Source: Eledone cirrhosa (Eukaryota). From it: a DNA stretch of 64,000 bases. Positions 62,721-64,000 of this stretch are shown here, piece after piece. The position numbers and the translations under genes are program-made. The DNA lies in contig OZ024744.1 of the NCBI GenBank assembly GCA_964016885.1, forward strand, positions 122,760,001 to 122,824,000. Reading direction: 5' to 3'. Below the pieces are notes generated by a model, which was not told where the DNA came from, ran no database searches, and saw nothing but the letters and a program-made list of their open reading frames with translations. The stretch's first letter is position 1. Every line of letters starts with the position of its first letter.

Positions 62721-64000
62721 AACAACAACAGTAACAACAACAGAAACAACAACAGTAACAACACAACAGTAACAACAACAGTAACAACAACAGTAACGAC
62801 ATCAACAGTAACAACAACAGTAACAACAACAGTAACAACAACAGTAACAACAACAGTAACAACAACAACAGTAACAACAACAGTAACAACAACAGTAACA
62901 ACAACAGTAACAACAACAACAGTAACAACAACAGTAACAACAACAGTGACAACAACAACAGTAACAACAACAGTAACAACAACAGTAACAACAACAGTAA
63001 CAACAATAGTAACAACAACAGTAACAACAACAGTAACAACAACAGTAACAACAATAGTAACAACAACAGTAACAACAACAGTAACAACAACAGTAACAAC
63101 AATAGTAACAACTTATAGTAACAACAACAGTAACAACAACAGAAACAACAACAGTAACAACATCAACAGTAACAACAACAACAGTAACAACAACAACAGT
63201 AACAACAACATTAACAACAACAGTAACAACAACAACAGTAACAACAACAGTAACAACAACAACAGTAACAACAACAGTAACAACAACAACAGTAACAACA
63301 ACAGTAACAACAACAGTAACAACAACAGTAACAACAACAACAGTAACAACAACAGTAACAACAACAACACTAACAACAACAGTAACAACAACAGTAACAA
63401 CAACAACAGTAACAACAGCAGTAACAACAACCACAGTAACAACAACAGTAACAACAACAACAGTAACAACAATAGTAACAACAATAGTAACAACAATAGT
63501 AACAACAACAGTAACAACAACAGTAACAACAACAGTAACAACAACAGTAACAACAACAACAGTAACAACAACAGTAACAACAACAACAGTAACAACAACA
63601 GTAACAACAACAGTAACAACAACAGTAACAACAACAACAGTAACAACAACAGTAACAACAACAACAACAGTAACAACAACAATAACAACAACAACAGTAA
63701 CAACAACAGTAACAACAACAACAGTAACAACAACAGTAACAACAACAGTAACAACAACAGTAACAACAACAACAGCAACAACAACAGTAACAACAACAGT
63801 AACAACAACAGTAACAACAACAGTAACAACAACAGTAACAACAACAGCAACAACAACAGTAACAATAACAATAGTAACAACAACAGTAACAACAACAGTA
63901 ACAACAACAGTAACAACAACAGTAACAACAACAGTAACAACAACAACAACAACAGTAACAACAACAGTAACAACAACAGTAACAATAACAGCAACAACAA

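Larger units (their letters stand above)
1..64000 (+). repeat. Satellite/minisatellite array, monomer GTA(ACA)n, consensus GTAACAACAACA (12 bp; 15-bp variant common); reverse strand TGTTGTTGTTAC
   Basis: Every line consists of ACA triplets punctuated by GTA every 3-4 triplets (range about 2-8), with sparse single-base variants (ATA, GCA, AAA, AGA, TTA, CCA, TCA, GAA, GTG). The orientation is the same throughout, there is no unique sequence, and the array is open at both window ends. Confidence 0.99.

Noticed and set aside
1407-62769. Programmed frameshifting or phase variation at the -1 sites
   Set aside because: There is no evidence of translation, no consistent slippery heptamer and no capacity for downstream RNA structure. 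The sites are explained by duplication of a few indels.
2062-64000. Minus-strand ORFs up to 5247 aa (poly-Leu, VVVT, CCCY)
   Set aside because: TGTTGTTGTTAC has no stop in any frame and TTG is scored as a start, so these ORFs are automatic. The products are implausible homopolymers.
1-64000. CRISPR array or other repeat-spacer system
   Set aside because: There are no unique spacers, no palindromic 23-47 bp repeat and no cas genes. The intervals between landmark motifs are the same satellite.
1-64000. Telomerase-synthesised telomeric tract (the minus strand is T/G-rich with variable unit length; GTTAC recalls fission yeast GGTTAC)
   Set aside because: There are no G runs, and inherited kilobase-scale duplications of SNV patterns indicate recombination or replication-based amplification rather than de novo templated addition. 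A subtelomeric location cannot be excluded.
1-64000. Pure sequencing artefact or synthetic low-complexity sequence
   Set aside because: Rare variants recur collinearly in a nested hierarchy with copy-specific SNVs, which random error would not produce. Individual duplications could still be assembly errors.
1-64000. Hairpins, terminators, G-quadruplexes, tRNA/rRNA, transposon ends
   Set aside because: The A/C-dominated strand cannot form meaningful inverted repeats, G or C runs of 3 or more are nearly absent, and no non-satellite sequence exists in the window.

Overview
The whole 64 kb window is one uninterrupted, unidirectional satellite array, which runs off both ends. The monomer is GTA(ACA)n: mostly the 12-mer GTAACAACAACA, often a 15-mer, and occasionally 9 or 18-27 bp. 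I estimate roughly 5,000 monomers. I see no unique sequence, gene, RNA gene, transposon, CRISPR array or inversion. All ORFs in the track (TTTV, NNNS, poly-L, VVVT, CCCY) are by-products of a triplet-based repeat, and I do not call any as CDS. The real structure is a hidden higher-order organisation that can be read from rare variant monomers and ACA run lengths. It includes nested duplications with offsets of about 207, 273, 336, 807, 1266, 2182, 2640-2770, 2729, 3170, 3600, 3970, 4170, 10914 and 13682 bp. There are four spatially segregated variant families, a chimeric junction near 27 kb and a left-to-right homogenisation gradient. I counted only 25 phase-shifting indels, which trace to about 7 motif types. 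An array of this size suggests eukaryotic heterochromatin (inference); the organism cannot be determined. I found no evidence of a new gene-encoded system. Block boundaries are approximate because they were read by eye, while marker positions and offsets were counted from the sequence or the ORF track.
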